Below are positions 9,739 through 19,278 of a DNA stretch of 64,000 nt, in pieces. The stretch lies in NCBI GenBank assembly GCA_034658655.1, contig JAYEFQ010000134.1, positions 3,463 through 67,462 on the forward strand, in the 5' to 3' direction. Source of the stretch: Bacteroidota bacterium. Lineage in GTDB: Bacteria; Bacteroidota; Bacteroidia; Bacteroidales; ML635J-15. The number at the start of each line of letters is the position of its first letter. Positions within the stretch are counted from its first letter, which is position 1. Below the pieces are notes generated by a model. It was not told where the DNA came from and searched no databases. It was given only the letters and a program-made list of their open reading frames with translations. A program made the position numbers and the translations under genes.

Positions 9739-11199
9739 CTAAGCTTCAGGGATATCTTTCAAAGTATCTAACAAGTGATCCCACCACATTTGTACGGTTT
9801 TGATATCAACTTTTTCCTCAGGAGTATGTGCATTTAAAATGGTTGGTCCTATTGAAATCATATCCAAATACGGATATTTTTCTAAAAATAAACCACATTC
9901 CAAACCGGCATGTATTGCACGCACAATCGGCTTTTTATTAAATATACGCTCGTAAGATTTTTCAGATATTCTTAAAATCTCTGAATCTGGATCTGGTGCC
10001 CAACCAGGATATCCATCAGAATGCTGAATATCTGCATCAACCATTTCAAAAACCGAAGCGACCATTGCCGAAATATCTGTTTTTCCTGACTCCTTAGAAG
10101 ATCGTTGACTGGTAACAATTTCAATCTCATTTTCACCAACATATTTTACTGAGGCTAAATTCGTTGAAGTCTCAACCATATCTTCAACTTCTGGGCTCCA
10201 TGCATGTACTCCATGTGGGCAAGCATAAATTGCATTCATCAAATTTTGCTGTGTTTTCTTATTTATCACAAAATCTGGTAAATCTACATCACTCACAGTA
10301 AATTTCATGTTAGGCTCACGTTTGCCATTTTCTTTCTTTAAAACTTTAGCAAATTCATGATAATCTGCTTTCAATTTCTCTACATATTTTTCTTTTACTG
10401 TAATAATAGCATATGCTTCACGTGGAATTGCATTTCGCTTATTTCCACCATCAAAAACATTCAACCGAATACTAAAATCCTTGCTAGCTTGTTTCAAAAA
10501 GCGATTCAAAATTTTATTTGAATTTCCGAGATCCTTATGAATTTCATCCCCACTGTGTCCACCTCTAAGCCCTTCAACTTCAAGTTTCAAAGCCACATGA
10601 TCTTTTGGCACAGCTTTCTCTATATATTTAAAACGTGCATTGGTATCAATCCCACCGGCACAACCAATAAAAATTTCGCCTTCATCTTCAGAATCAAGAT
10701 TAATCAGAATTTTCCCATCAAAAAACCCTGGTTGCAACGCAAATGCTCCGGTTAATCCGGTTTCTTCATCCACTGTAAACAAACACTCTAATGCAGGCAA
10801 TTCCAAACCATCAGATGTCAATAAAGCCATTGCTACAGCAACGCCAATACCATCATCTGCACCCAAAGTTGTCCCTTTTGCTTTAACCCAATTTCCATCA
10901 ACAACGGGCTGAATAGGATCCGTATTAAAGTCAATTTCTACATCTTTGTTTTTCTCGCAAACCATATCCATATGAGATTGCAAAACTACCGGTTTACGAT
11001 TTTCGTACCCGGAGCTAGCTGCCCGTTTAATCAAAACATTTCCAATTTCATCTCGCTTAGCATCTAAATTATGCTGTTTTGCAAAATCAAGTAAAAATGC
11101 AATAATTTGGTCCTCTTGCTTTGAAGGACGCGGCACCTGACAAATATCTTCAAAATAGTGCCAGACTTTTTCCGGCTGTAAATGTGATAATACACTCAT
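9739..11199 (-). CDS. pepD: Aminoacyl-histidine (Xaa-His) dipeptidase, M20 family
   Basis: MSVLSHLQPEKVWHYFEDICQVPRPS... and HMDMVCEKN, DDGIGVA, DEETG motifs typical of PepD. I prefer the ATG at 11199 over the track start at 11220, which adds MYLKIKI. Confidence 0.85.
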   Translation of the reverse strand: MSVLSHLQPEKVWHYFEDICQVPRPSKQEDQIIAFLLDFAKQHNLDAKRDEIGNVLIKRAASSGYENRKPVVLQSHMDMVCEKNKDVEIDFNTDPIQPVVDGNWVKAKGTTLGADDGIGVAVAMALLTSDGLELPALECLFTVDEETGLTGAFALQPGFFDGKILINLDSEDEGEIFIGCAGGIDTNARFKYIEKAVPKDHVALKLEVEGLRGGHSGDEIHKDLGNSNKILNRFLKQASKDFSIRLNVFDGGNKRNAIPREAYAIITVKEKYVEKLKADYHEFAKVLKKENGKREPNMKFTVSDVDLPDFVINKKTQQNLMNAIYACPHGVHAWSPEVEDMVETSTNLASVKYVGENEIEIVTSQRSSKESGKTDISAMVASVFEMVDADIQHSDGYPGWAPDPDSEILRISEKSYERIFNKKPIVRAIHAGLECGLFLEKYPYLDMISIGPTILNAHTPEEKVDIKTVQMWWDHLLDTLKDIPEA

Positions 11200-11413
11200 A
11201 ATTTTTATTTTTAAATACAAGCATGAATGTAAGAAAAAAATTGCAATTTAAAAACCTCTTTCAAAATTTTAACGTATTTTCACCCAAAATCCGCAAGGAA
11301 ATTTATTTTATTTTCTGTATCCCTTGCGGCGCATTCGATTAAGTAAATCATCTCATTTGGGGTCATTCTTCATCCAAATGAGTGATTTTCTAAATCGGAA
11401 TTAAATTAGGCAT

Positions 11414-12061
11414 ATGAAAAGATTTCTTATCATTTTCGCAGCATTTCTATTTCTTTTGCATTTAAATGCATGCAAAGAAGATGAAATTAATATAATAGAA
11501 GGGCAAATAATTAATTATCCCGAAAATGAAGCCCTCGAAAATGTGAATATTCTTTGTGAGGTTAAGGTTATTCAGCAAGCATCTTACAACAATAGTTGGG
11601 AGACAATCGGCGAGACGAAAACAGAATCAGACGGCAGTTTTCGATTTGAATTTGAAAGCCTTAGAGCGCAGGAATATCGCGTAAGCCTTAGTCGGGATGG
11701 ATATAGAAATAAAACCCTTAATTTTCTTCCAAAGGATTATTCAGATACCTACAATATTCAAGAAACATTAGTAAAATCAGCAAGGCTGGAAATTCACATT
11801 AAAAATATGATTTTCCCAAACAGCAATTCTGATGAAATAAAAATTCGAGTTAGTGATATTCCTGAGGAATGCACAGACTGCACAATTGCAGAATTCAAGA
11901 CACTAACAGGCGCATCCATAGACACAACCTTAATTTATCAAGTTGCCGGAGACGACGAAGTGTTTATTGAATATACCATAAATAAAGATGGAAGTGAGTA
12001 CTTTCAAAGTACAAAGTATATGGAGGCGAATACCGTCAACACGAAAAATATAACATTTTAA
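11414..12061 (+). CDS. Hypothetical lipoprotein with a carboxypeptidase-regulatory-like N-terminal segment
   Basis: Signal peptide with lipobox (LHLNAC). IEGQIINYPENEALENVNILCEV resembles the CarboxypepD_reg beta-sandwich start. No recognisable catalytic motif. Confidence 0.45.
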   Translation: MKRFLIIFAAFLFLLHLNACKEDEINIIEGQIINYPENEALENVNILCEVKVIQQASYNNSWETIGETKTESDGSFRFEFESLRAQEYRVSLSRDGYRNKTLNFLPKDYSDTYNIQETLVKSARLEIHIKNMIFPNSNSDEIKIRVSDIPEECTDCTIAEFKTLTGASIDTTLIYQVAGDDEVFIEYTINKDGSEYFQSTKYMEANTVNTKNITF

Positions 12062-12263
12062 TGATTGCATCATTCACAAATAATCCTAACTGAGTTTATA
12101 ACAAAAAGAGTCAAACTGACTTCCCCTGACAATCTAACGGTAAGTGTTTACATGTCCGTAAAACTACGGAAAAACTAAGAAAAAACACATAGATAAAAAC
12201 TCAAGTATTTTTACGCTTGATTTCAGGCATTCGCTCCCGTACTTTTACATAAAACATTGTGTT

Positions 12264-12923
12264 ATGATACGAATTTTGATAGTTGATGATCATAAAATTG
12301 TCCGCCAAGGTTTAAGGGCAATTATAAAAACATGTGCAAACATGCAAGTTGTTAGTGAATGCACGGATGGAAATGAAGTCGAAGCAATAGTTTATTCAAA
12401 AACAATTGATATTGTTTTGATGGATATTAACATGCCAAAAATGGATGGCATAGAAACTACTGAAATACTCAATAAAAAGCATCCTGAAATAAAGGTCATT
12501 GCCCTTTCCATGGAGTCAGATTACTATGTGATACAGAAAATGTTAAAAGCCGGCGCAGTTGGATATGTTTTAAAAACAGCAGGTGCGGCAGATATCCTAG
12601 AAGCCATTGAGAAAGTATATACCGGAAACAATTTCTTTTCAAAAGAAGTAAGCAATCAAATTATGGCTAGCATGATGCGCCCAAACAAAGAAAAAAGAAA
12701 GAAACAATTACAATCAGACAGGCAATCGGTTAATCGACTCACTAAAAGAGAGATGGAGATTTTAAAGCATATAGCAAATGAAGAAACCAATGAAGAAATT
12801 GGTGTTATTCTTAACATAAGCTCTGGAACTGTGGCAACACACCGCAGAAATTTATTGCAAAAACTTGAAGTGAGAAACTCCATCGGATTAGCAAAAATAG
12901 CTTATCAAGTAGGATTAGTATAA
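12264..12923 (+). CDS. Two-component response regulator, NarL/FixJ (LuxR-type HTH) family; orphan, with no adjacent kinase
   Basis: Receiver domain (ILIVDDH ... VLMDINMPKMDG ... K in VLKTA) plus C-terminal LuxR HTH (LTKREMEILKHIANEETNEEIGVILNISSGTVATHRRNLLQKL). Confidence 0.9.
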   Translation: MIRILIVDDHKIVRQGLRAIIKTCANMQVVSECTDGNEVEAIVYSKTIDIVLMDINMPKMDGIETTEILNKKHPEIKVIALSMESDYYVIQKMLKAGAVGYVLKTAGAADILEAIEKVYTGNNFFSKEVSNQIMASMMRPNKEKRKKQLQSDRQSVNRLTKREMEILKHIANEETNEEIGVILNISSGTVATHRRNLLQKLEVRNSIGLAKIAYQVGLV

Positions 12924-13533
12924 ATGCATATTATAGTAAGCATTACTGAGTTCAGTTGAAAACGCATAAAGCCATACTACTAAATATCAACCACTTATAA
13001 CAATACTTGTCATTATGATAAATCACTTTATTTACGCAAAAACGAAGCGATACTGAATCGTTTTTCCCAGAAATAAATTTGGGACTAATAGTTCGGTATT
13101 ACTATTACACACCTGTTTTCGGAAGTTTTCTTCTATTTATTTGGAAAATCAAAGCTGAAACAAACCAAAATATCACTGCAATATGAATAAAGAAAAATTT
13201 AATTTAGACACACTATAATACTCCCCAACATTCACCATATTCTGCATGAAAATGAGGTGGATTATGTTCATCGAAGAACATTCTGATTATTATTCCGTAA
13301 AATCTACTAATTTATGGCATAATGTAAAGACACAAAAAAGCAAGCAGTAATATCAAAATTACTACTTACTTTCTTTGTTACATAGATTCAACCAGCAAAT
13401 CTAACTTTACCATTAATAGATGTAATTGAATGCACATTTCTGAATGCCTTTTATGGCAAAAATTGCCTGCATAAAAAGCTGCATCTTTCGTAACAAACCA
13501 ACATTAATTATTATTTTTACGAAAAATGTAAGT

Positions 13534-13893
13534 ATGCATTTGTTTTATATTTTTATTGGTGGTGGTTTAGGTAGTTTGTCTCGATACGGAATGTCGCGCT
13601 TGGTGCATGGTAACGATACAATAAACCCGCTTGCAACCTTTTTAACAAATTTCCTGAGTGTTATTATTTTAGGACTTGTGTTGTTTGGTTTGACAAAAAC
13701 AAAACTTATGTCAGACAATTTGCATGCACTCCTAATCGTTGGTTTTTGTGGCGGCTTTAGCACCTTTTCAACCTTCAGTTATGAAGTATTTGAAATGATG
13801 CGGCAAGGAAATTATTTAATGGCCGGGTTAAATGTGTTTGTAAGTATATTACTGGTATTATCGGTTTTGTTTGTGTTGGCTAAAATGTTTTAA
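13534..13893 (+). CDS. crcB: Fluoride ion channel CrcB/FluC
   Basis: MHLFYIFIGGGLGSLSRYG ... GFCGGFSTFSTFSYE is the CrcB signature. The 30-codon extension from the track start (13444) is not CrcB-like, so the ATG at 13534 is preferred. Confidence 0.85.
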   Translation: MHLFYIFIGGGLGSLSRYGMSRLVHGNDTINPLATFLTNFLSVIILGLVLFGLTKTKLMSDNLHALLIVGFCGGFSTFSTFSYEVFEMMRQGNYLMAGLNVFVSILLVLSVLFVLAKMF

Positions 13894-13895
13894 TA

Positions 13896-15524
13896 ATGAA
13901 GAAATTTCTTATTTTTATTATCGCAATTTTTACCGTGTTTCAACTCGAAGCACAAAATTACAATTTACCCTCAACTCATCCCAAATTGATTGTAGGAATT
14001 ACAGTAAATCAATTGCGTTATGATGCGCTGTACAAACTTTGGGATCAGCTTGATGAGCAGGGCTTTAAAAAACTGATTAATCAGGGAGCTTATTGTCGAA
14101 ACACGAAGTTTGATTACCTGCTAACTCAATCTGCTCCTGGATATGCAACCATTGCTACAGGGGCACAACCTTCAGAGCATGGAATTGTTGCTGATTTATG
14201 GTACGAGCCTTTGAATGTGAAGTCTGTTCATGCAGTGCAATCTCGCGAGCACAACCCGGTGGGGGTAACGAATCGGGATAACGCATGCTCTCCACAACAA
14301 TTGATGGGTACTACACTGAGTGATGAGTTGAAATTGTATTTTCAAAACCATAGCAAAGTATTTTCAGTATCAATGGATCCTACTGCGGCTGTATTAAGTG
14401 GCGGATTTAAGGCTGATGCTGCGTATTGGGTTGATGATGAAACAGGGAAATGGGTTAGTTCATCCTATTACATCAATGAATTGCCCAAATGGGTAAAAAA
14501 ATTCAATAAAAACGATTATCCATCCGTTTATTTTGAAAGAACTTGGAACCCAACCGATTCAATTTATCGCTTTGCTTTGCCTGATACCAGCTCCTATGAA
14601 TATGGATACGATGCCGAATTTAAAACCTTTCCTTTTTATTACCCAGATATTTATCAAAAATATGTAGGGAAGAAGTTTATTAAAATGATCCCTGAAGGTA
14701 ATACCATGACAACCGATTTCGCCGTACATACGCTGGTTGAAGAAAAAATGGGTGACGATTTAATTACAGATGTATTGCAAGTCAATTATTTCGCGACAGA
14801 AAACATTGGTAAATATTTTGGCCCAGATGCCATCGAAATGCACGATGCACTATTGCGTCTTGATAAGGAAATTGCTCACCTTGTACACACCATTGAAAAG
14901 CAAGTAGGAAAAACAAATGTGCTTTTTTATCTTGTCGGAAGTAGCGGAGTAAGCAATAATCCCGATTATTTGCGAAGTGAAAAACTGCCCGCCGGAAAAT
15001 TTCGGCATCATTACGTGCTTGCTTTGCTCGAATCATATTTGAATGTACTGTACGGGGAAGGAGATTGGATTAAAGATTATCATAACTTGCAAATTTATTT
15101 GAATCGAACCTTGATTGAAGATGCAGGTTTGAGCTTGTCGAAAGTGCAGGATAAAGTTGCTCAATTTGTATTATCATCTAACGGAGTTGCAAGTGTGTTA
15201 ACAGCTACCGACTTGCAACGCACAGAATATTCAAGTGGAATATTCCAGAAAATGCAGAATTCTTTTCAGCAAAAGCGTTCTGGTGATGTAATTATTGCAT
15301 TGAAACCCGGATGGATACAAGATGTGAGTTATTCTGCTGACCATAATTCTGCATACACCTATGATACTCATGTTCCATTGGTTTTTTATGGATGGAAAAT
15401 TCGTAAAACACAGATTGGAAAACCAGTTAATCCGGCTGATATTGTGCCTTCAATTTGTAATTTAATGAACATTCCGCACCCAAGTAGCGTTAGTGGAATA
15501 CCAATTGATGAAATATCACGTTGA
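13896..15524 (+). CDS. Secreted alkaline phosphatase / nucleotide pyrophosphatase-phosphodiesterase family protein (PafA-like)
   Basis: Signal peptide, then KLIVGITVNQLRYDALY and SAPGYATIATGAQPSEHGIVAD, matching the NPP-superfamily core. The ~540-aa size matches Bacteroidota PafA as I recall it. Starts 3 nt after crcB. Confidence 0.65.
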   Translation: MKKFLIFIIAIFTVFQLEAQNYNLPSTHPKLIVGITVNQLRYDALYKLWDQLDEQGFKKLINQGAYCRNTKFDYLLTQSAPGYATIATGAQPSEHGIVADLWYEPLNVKSVHAVQSREHNPVGVTNRDNACSPQQLMGTTLSDELKLYFQNHSKVFSVSMDPTAAVLSGGFKADAAYWVDDETGKWVSSSYYINELPKWVKKFNKNDYPSVYFERTWNPTDSIYRFALPDTSSYEYGYDAEFKTFPFYYPDIYQKYVGKKFIKMIPEGNTMTTDFAVHTLVEEKMGDDLITDVLQVNYFATENIGKYFGPDAIEMHDALLRLDKEIAHLVHTIEKQVGKTNVLFYLVGSSGVSNNPDYLRSEKLPAGKFRHHYVLALLESYLNVLYGEGDWIKDYHNLQIYLNRTLIEDAGLSLSKVQDKVAQFVLSSNGVASVLTATDLQRTEYSSGIFQKMQNSFQQKRSGDVIIALKPGWIQDVSYSADHNSAYTYDTHVPLVFYGWKIRKTQIGKPVNPADIVPSICNLMNIPHPSSVSGIPIDEISR

Positions 15525-15566
15525 TTATTAATGAATAAATTGTACCTTTATCATAAAATTTAGCTT

Positions 15567-16325
15567 ATGAAACGATTATTGATAATTTTCACCACAATGC
15601 TTTTTGCAATTTCTGCAATCGCTCAAGAAAATAATACTCAGCCTGTTGAGGATACAACGCTAACAACACAAGATTCTATCGTTCCATGGACAGGGAACAT
15701 GGTGGGACTGAACGTGTATCCGGCCTTTGGGATGCTCGGAGGTGGCGTATTGCCTGCATCAAAAATATTTTTTCAATATCGACATATGTGGGAAAAAACA
15801 AACTTGCGTTTTAGTGTAAATTATATAAATTATTTTTCGGATAATGAGCGAATGGATATTGTTGGAGTTGAAGACAGCTTGATGACATTACGAGAGTTTG
15901 CAAATATTTTTTACTCGCTTGATTTCAGAGTTGGAATAGAACGTACCTATCATATCGACAACTTTCGTTTTTATTACGGTATTGGTGCTATTGCTGGGTA
16001 TCACCATTTAGGGAAAGAATACTACGTGTATGATAAGCCTTTTGGAGGGTATCCGGTAGAATATATCAATACATCGATTGTATATCAGAATGCTGGTTGG
16101 TATCGTGCCGACATGTTAAAAGTTGGTGCTGATATTACGCTTGGTGTTGATATTATTTTATCTGAAAATGTAATTATGTCAGTGCAATATGCTCCAGAAA
16201 TTGCGTACTATTCTAGAATGGATAGTCAGCGTGATGATCAGGCTGAAGTGTTTGTCGGTGATGTTGACGATTTCATGGATTTTCGAGCAGATTTTATTGA
16301 TGTGGTATTAAGTGTAGGATTTTAA
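15567..16325 (+). CDS. Hypothetical secreted protein, probably an outer-membrane beta-barrel
   Basis: Signal peptide (AISAIAQE), alternating aromatic/glycine-rich strands, C-terminal VLSVGF. No specific family recognised. Confidence 0.4.
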   Translation: MKRLLIIFTTMLFAISAIAQENNTQPVEDTTLTTQDSIVPWTGNMVGLNVYPAFGMLGGGVLPASKIFFQYRHMWEKTNLRFSVNYINYFSDNERMDIVGVEDSLMTLREFANIFYSLDFRVGIERTYHIDNFRFYYGIGAIAGYHHLGKEYYVYDKPFGGYPVEYINTSIVYQNAGWYRADMLKVGADITLGVDIILSENVIMSVQYAPEIAYYSRMDSQRDDQAEVFVGDVDDFMDFRADFIDVVLSVGF

Positions 16326-16951
16326 TGGATAAGCATATATCAGAAATTAAGCATTTGATTTTTGACCTCGGGAATGTTTTATTACCTATCGATTTTAATG
16401 CCCCAGTAAAGGCTTTTCAAGCAATTGGGTTAACAGATTTTGATCGCCTTTACGGAGAAATTCAACAAGTGGATTTATTTAATTTGCTTGAAACAGGAAA
16501 AATTTCCGAATCCACTTTTCGTAATGAAATGCGACGAATATCCGGATTAAACTGGACAGATCAACAAATTGATGATGCATGGAGTGCGATTATTTTGGAC
16601 TTCAGAGCATCCACATTTTCCATGTTGGAGCGACTTGCCGTATCGTATAATTTGTATTTACTTAGCAATTCAAATTCCATTCATTTTACACGATATAATC
16701 AACAAGTTATTGACAAATTTCATCCCGACGGATTAAATGCATATTTCAAGAAAGCTTATTATTCGCATAAAATGGGTTTGCGAAAACCTGATACTGAGAT
16801 TTTTCACGCTGTTTTACGCGATGGTGATATCAAGGCTAATGATTGTTTGTTTATTGACGACAATGAAGCAAATATCATATCAGCAAAAGCACTGGGTTTC
16901 AACACATATCATCACAACCCAACTGATATCATTGAGGATTTATTCAACTAA
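16325..16951 (+). CDS. HAD-superfamily hydrolase (subfamily IA-like)
   Basis: Motif I FDLGNVL, motif II LLSNSN, motif IV FIDDNEANI. The start overlaps the previous stop (TAATG). Confidence 0.8.
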   Translation: MDKHISEIKHLIFDLGNVLLPIDFNAPVKAFQAIGLTDFDRLYGEIQQVDLFNLLETGKISESTFRNEMRRISGLNWTDQQIDDAWSAIILDFRASTFSMLERLAVSYNLYLLSNSNSIHFTRYNQQVIDKFHPDGLNAYFKKAYYSHKMGLRKPDTEIFHAVLRDGDIKANDCLFIDDNEANIISAKALGFNTYHHNPTDIIEDLFN

Positions 16952-16957
16952 TACTGA

Positions 16958-17000
16958 GCTTATCCGTGGCTATTCAAATTTGACCCTTTCAGGGTCTGAA
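16958..17000. repeat. 43-nt intergenic direct repeat, copy 1 (contains the hairpin GACCCT-TTC-AGGGTC)
   Basis: gcttatccgtGgctattcaaatttgaccctttcagggtctgaa is identical to 17171-17213 except for one base. Confidence 0.8.
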
Positions 17001-17170
17001 ACGCTGAATTACAGCCTTTAATAAAACGTTATTTGTGAATTTGCATCCATTTTTGTCATGATTTTTGCAATTCCACTGATTCTAATTTCCGGGATTAATT
17101 TGTGCGCAAAAATTTCGCCAAAAATTCATGTGGGGTTAAATTCTTTATCCACGGATTGCACTCGTCCCTC

Positions 17171-17213
17171 GCTTATCCGTCGCTATTCAAATTTGACCCT
17201 TTCAGGGTCTGAA
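17171..17213. repeat. 43-nt intergenic direct repeat, copy 2
   Basis: gcttatccgtCgctattcaaatttgaccctttcagggtctgaa. See copy 1, 213 nt upstream. Confidence 0.8.
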
Positions 17214-17250
17214 CATCGCCTATTCTATCAACCTTATTCCTTAACAACCA

Positions 17251-17673
17251 CTAATTGATAATATCAACTTTAAGTATCCGCTCGTTATTTTCTATTTCTA
17301 TTATCACCCGAACATAAGTATCGGGGAGAAGCGATTCTACTTGTTCTGGCCACTCAATAAAAATTTTATCTGCACTGTCTAAATATTCTTCAAATCCTAT
17401 TCGTAAAATATCTTCCGGTTTTTCAATTCGATAAAAATCGTAATGACAGATTAGCTCTTGCTTCTCAGTGTAATATTCATTCAAAATCGCAAATGTTGGG
17501 CTAGTTACTAAGTCTTCAACCTTAAGTTGCTCACAAATTGTTTTGATAATAGTAGTTTTTCCAGCACCCATGTTTGCGTAAAATGCAAAAACCTGAAAAT
17601 CTGAAAAATCATTTATGAATTGATTTACAACTTCATTGATAGCTTCTAACGATTGGATGCGATATGTCTTCAT
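17251..17673 (-). CDS. tsaE: tRNA threonylcarbamoyladenosine (t6A) biosynthesis ATPase TsaE
   Basis: Walker A in FAFYANMGAGKTTIIKTI followed by SPTFAILNEY and HYDFYR, the TsaE/YjeE signature. About 140 aa. Confidence 0.85.
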   Translation of the reverse strand: MKTYRIQSLEAINEVVNQFINDFSDFQVFAFYANMGAGKTTIIKTICEQLKVEDLVTSPTFAILNEYYTEKQELICHYDFYRIEKPEDILRIGFEEYLDSADKIFIEWPEQVESLLPDTYVRVIIEIENNERILKVDIIN

Positions 17674-19232
17674 TATGATTTTGGTGTAAGATGAATAATT
17701 GGAATAAGCATTTCTTCCATTGAAATTCCTCCGTGTTGGAAACTGTCTTTGTACATTTTCATGTATTGATTGTAATTATTCGGATAGACAAAATAGTCAT
17801 TGCCACTTGCAAACACATAGGTTGAACTGATGTTTGATTTTGGTAAATAGGCTTTTTGTGGATCGGTAATTTCAAATACCTCTTTCGGATTGTAATTTAG
17901 GCTTTTCCCTTGTTTGTACCGCAAATTGGTAGTTGTAGTTCGTTCACCTACAATTCGAATCGGGTTTTGAACCCTGATAGCGCCGTGATCGCTGGTTATA
18001 ATAACTTCTGCTCCTATTTCTGCAATTTCATTAAATAATTCCAATAAAGGGGAGTGTTGAAACCAAGATTTTGTTAATGAACGATAGGCTGCTTCGTTTT
18101 CAGTCAAATCTTTAATCATTTTCACATCTGTGCGTGCATGCGATAACATATCCACGAAATTTACGACAATTGTGTTTAAATCGTAATGCAGTAAATTATT
18201 TAATCGGGAGTTTATTTTTTTTACGTATTGTATGTCATATGCTTTTTCATAATGCACACTTTTCTCATTTCCGAAAAAACGATGAATCATTTTTTTAACC
18301 ATATCCTCTTCATGCATGTTTTTCCCTCCTTCTTCATGGTCGTTTTTCCATAAGTCAGGATAAATTTTGTTGATTTCAGAGGGCATAAGCCCTGAGAAAA
18401 TGGCATTTCTAGAATATTGTGTTGATGTAGGAAGGATGCTGAAATAAGTTTCGTCTTCGCGGATATGAAATTGTTTCGCTAAATTGGGTTGAATTGCTTT
18501 CCAATGGTCGTAACGCAAGTTGTCGATAATAAAGAAAAATACCTTTTTATTTGCTTTAAGCAGTGGGAAAACTTTTTGTTTCATCAACTGATGCGACATT
18601 AGCGGTTTCTCGTCTGATTTGGGATCTAACCAATGAAAATAATTTGATTTTATGTATCGGAAGAAGGCGTTATTTGCCTCCTGTTTTTGCATGCTCAAAA
18701 TATCATCTAAGGTATGGTCTTCAGAGTTTTCAAGTTTTAATTCCCAGTCAACAAGTTCTTTATACACTGTGTCCCATTCATTGTGCGTTCTAATCTCATT
18801 AATTCGCATTCCAAGTTGTCGAAATTCAATTTGGTAATCCATACTTGTTTTTTCAGAGACAAGGCGATCTGTGTCCACATGTTTCTTTATGCTCAAAAGA
18901 ATTTGTTTCGGATTGACAGGTTTGATAAGATAATCGCTGATACGGCTACCAATTGCCTGATCCATAATGTCTTCCTCTTCACTTTTGGTAATCATAATTA
19001 CCGGTGTTGAGGGACTTATGCGTTTAATTGCTGTTAAAGTTTCCAAACCGGAAAGTCCTGGCATATTTTCATCTAAGAAAACTAAATCGAAAATTTTTTC
19101 GCGAATTGTTTCAATGGCATCTTGACCATTCGTTGCCGTTTCGACTTCATATCCTTTATGTTCTAAGAATATGATATGTGGCTTGAGCAGATCAATTTCA
19201 TCATCTGTCCAAAGTATTTGAATTTTTCTCAT
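17673..19232 (-). CDS. porX: PorX-type T9SS response regulator (receiver domain fused to a PglZ/alkaline-phosphatase-like domain)
   Basis: Receiver (ILWTDDE, DLVFLDENMPGLSG, IKP) plus PglZ-like domain (FFFIIDNLRYDHW, ITSDHG). The 519-aa length and architecture match PorX. The stop shares one nt with the tsaE start (TAATG). Confidence 0.8.
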   Translation of the reverse strand: MRKIQILWTDDEIDLLKPHIIFLEHKGYEVETATNGQDAIETIREKIFDLVFLDENMPGLSGLETLTAIKRISPSTPVIMITKSEEEDIMDQAIGSRISDYLIKPVNPKQILLSIKKHVDTDRLVSEKTSMDYQIEFRQLGMRINEIRTHNEWDTVYKELVDWELKLENSEDHTLDDILSMQKQEANNAFFRYIKSNYFHWLDPKSDEKPLMSHQLMKQKVFPLLKANKKVFFFIIDNLRYDHWKAIQPNLAKQFHIREDETYFSILPTSTQYSRNAIFSGLMPSEINKIYPDLWKNDHEEGGKNMHEEDMVKKMIHRFFGNEKSVHYEKAYDIQYVKKINSRLNNLLHYDLNTIVVNFVDMLSHARTDVKMIKDLTENEAAYRSLTKSWFQHSPLLELFNEIAEIGAEVIITSDHGAIRVQNPIRIVGERTTTTNLRYKQGKSLNYNPKEVFEITDPQKAYLPKSNISSTYVFASGNDYFVYPNNYNQYMKMYKDSFQHGGISMEEMLIPIIHLTPKS

Positions 19233-19278
19233 GGATATTTATTTTTAGGATTAATTGTAATAATTAGAGAGGGGTGAA

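Noticed and set aside
13400-13533. Fluoride (crcB-motif) riboswitch expected upstream of crcB
   Set aside because: I could not find the conserved GGnGAUG...AAACnGCC...CUGAUGnnnCCUAC core. Only small unrelated hairpins are present (GGCAAAAATTGCC, TGCATAAAAAGCTGCA). cmscan with RF01734 would settle it.
13444-13533. Longer CrcB start (track ORF from 13444), and likewise the extended starts at 11220 (pepD), 27879 (lipase), 30935 (PKD protein, TTG) and 99 (adhesin, GTG)
   Set aside because: The extensions add non-homologous residues, overlap the upstream gene (lipase), or precede an obvious signal peptide. For the adhesin the frame simply continues to the window edge.
17140-17160. TTATCCACg resembles a DnaA box, raising the possibility of oriC
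   Set aside because: It is a single 8/9 match that is simply the inverse of the local repeat's ttatccgtgg. There is no cluster of boxes, no adjacent dnaA/dnaN and no AT-rich unwinding element next to it.
16737-17258. ORFs 16737-17021 and 17058-17258 (94 and 66 aa), and 9525-9803 and 26338-26520
   Set aside because: They overlap real gene ends or consist of translated intergenic repeats and terminator hairpins. They have no family resemblance.
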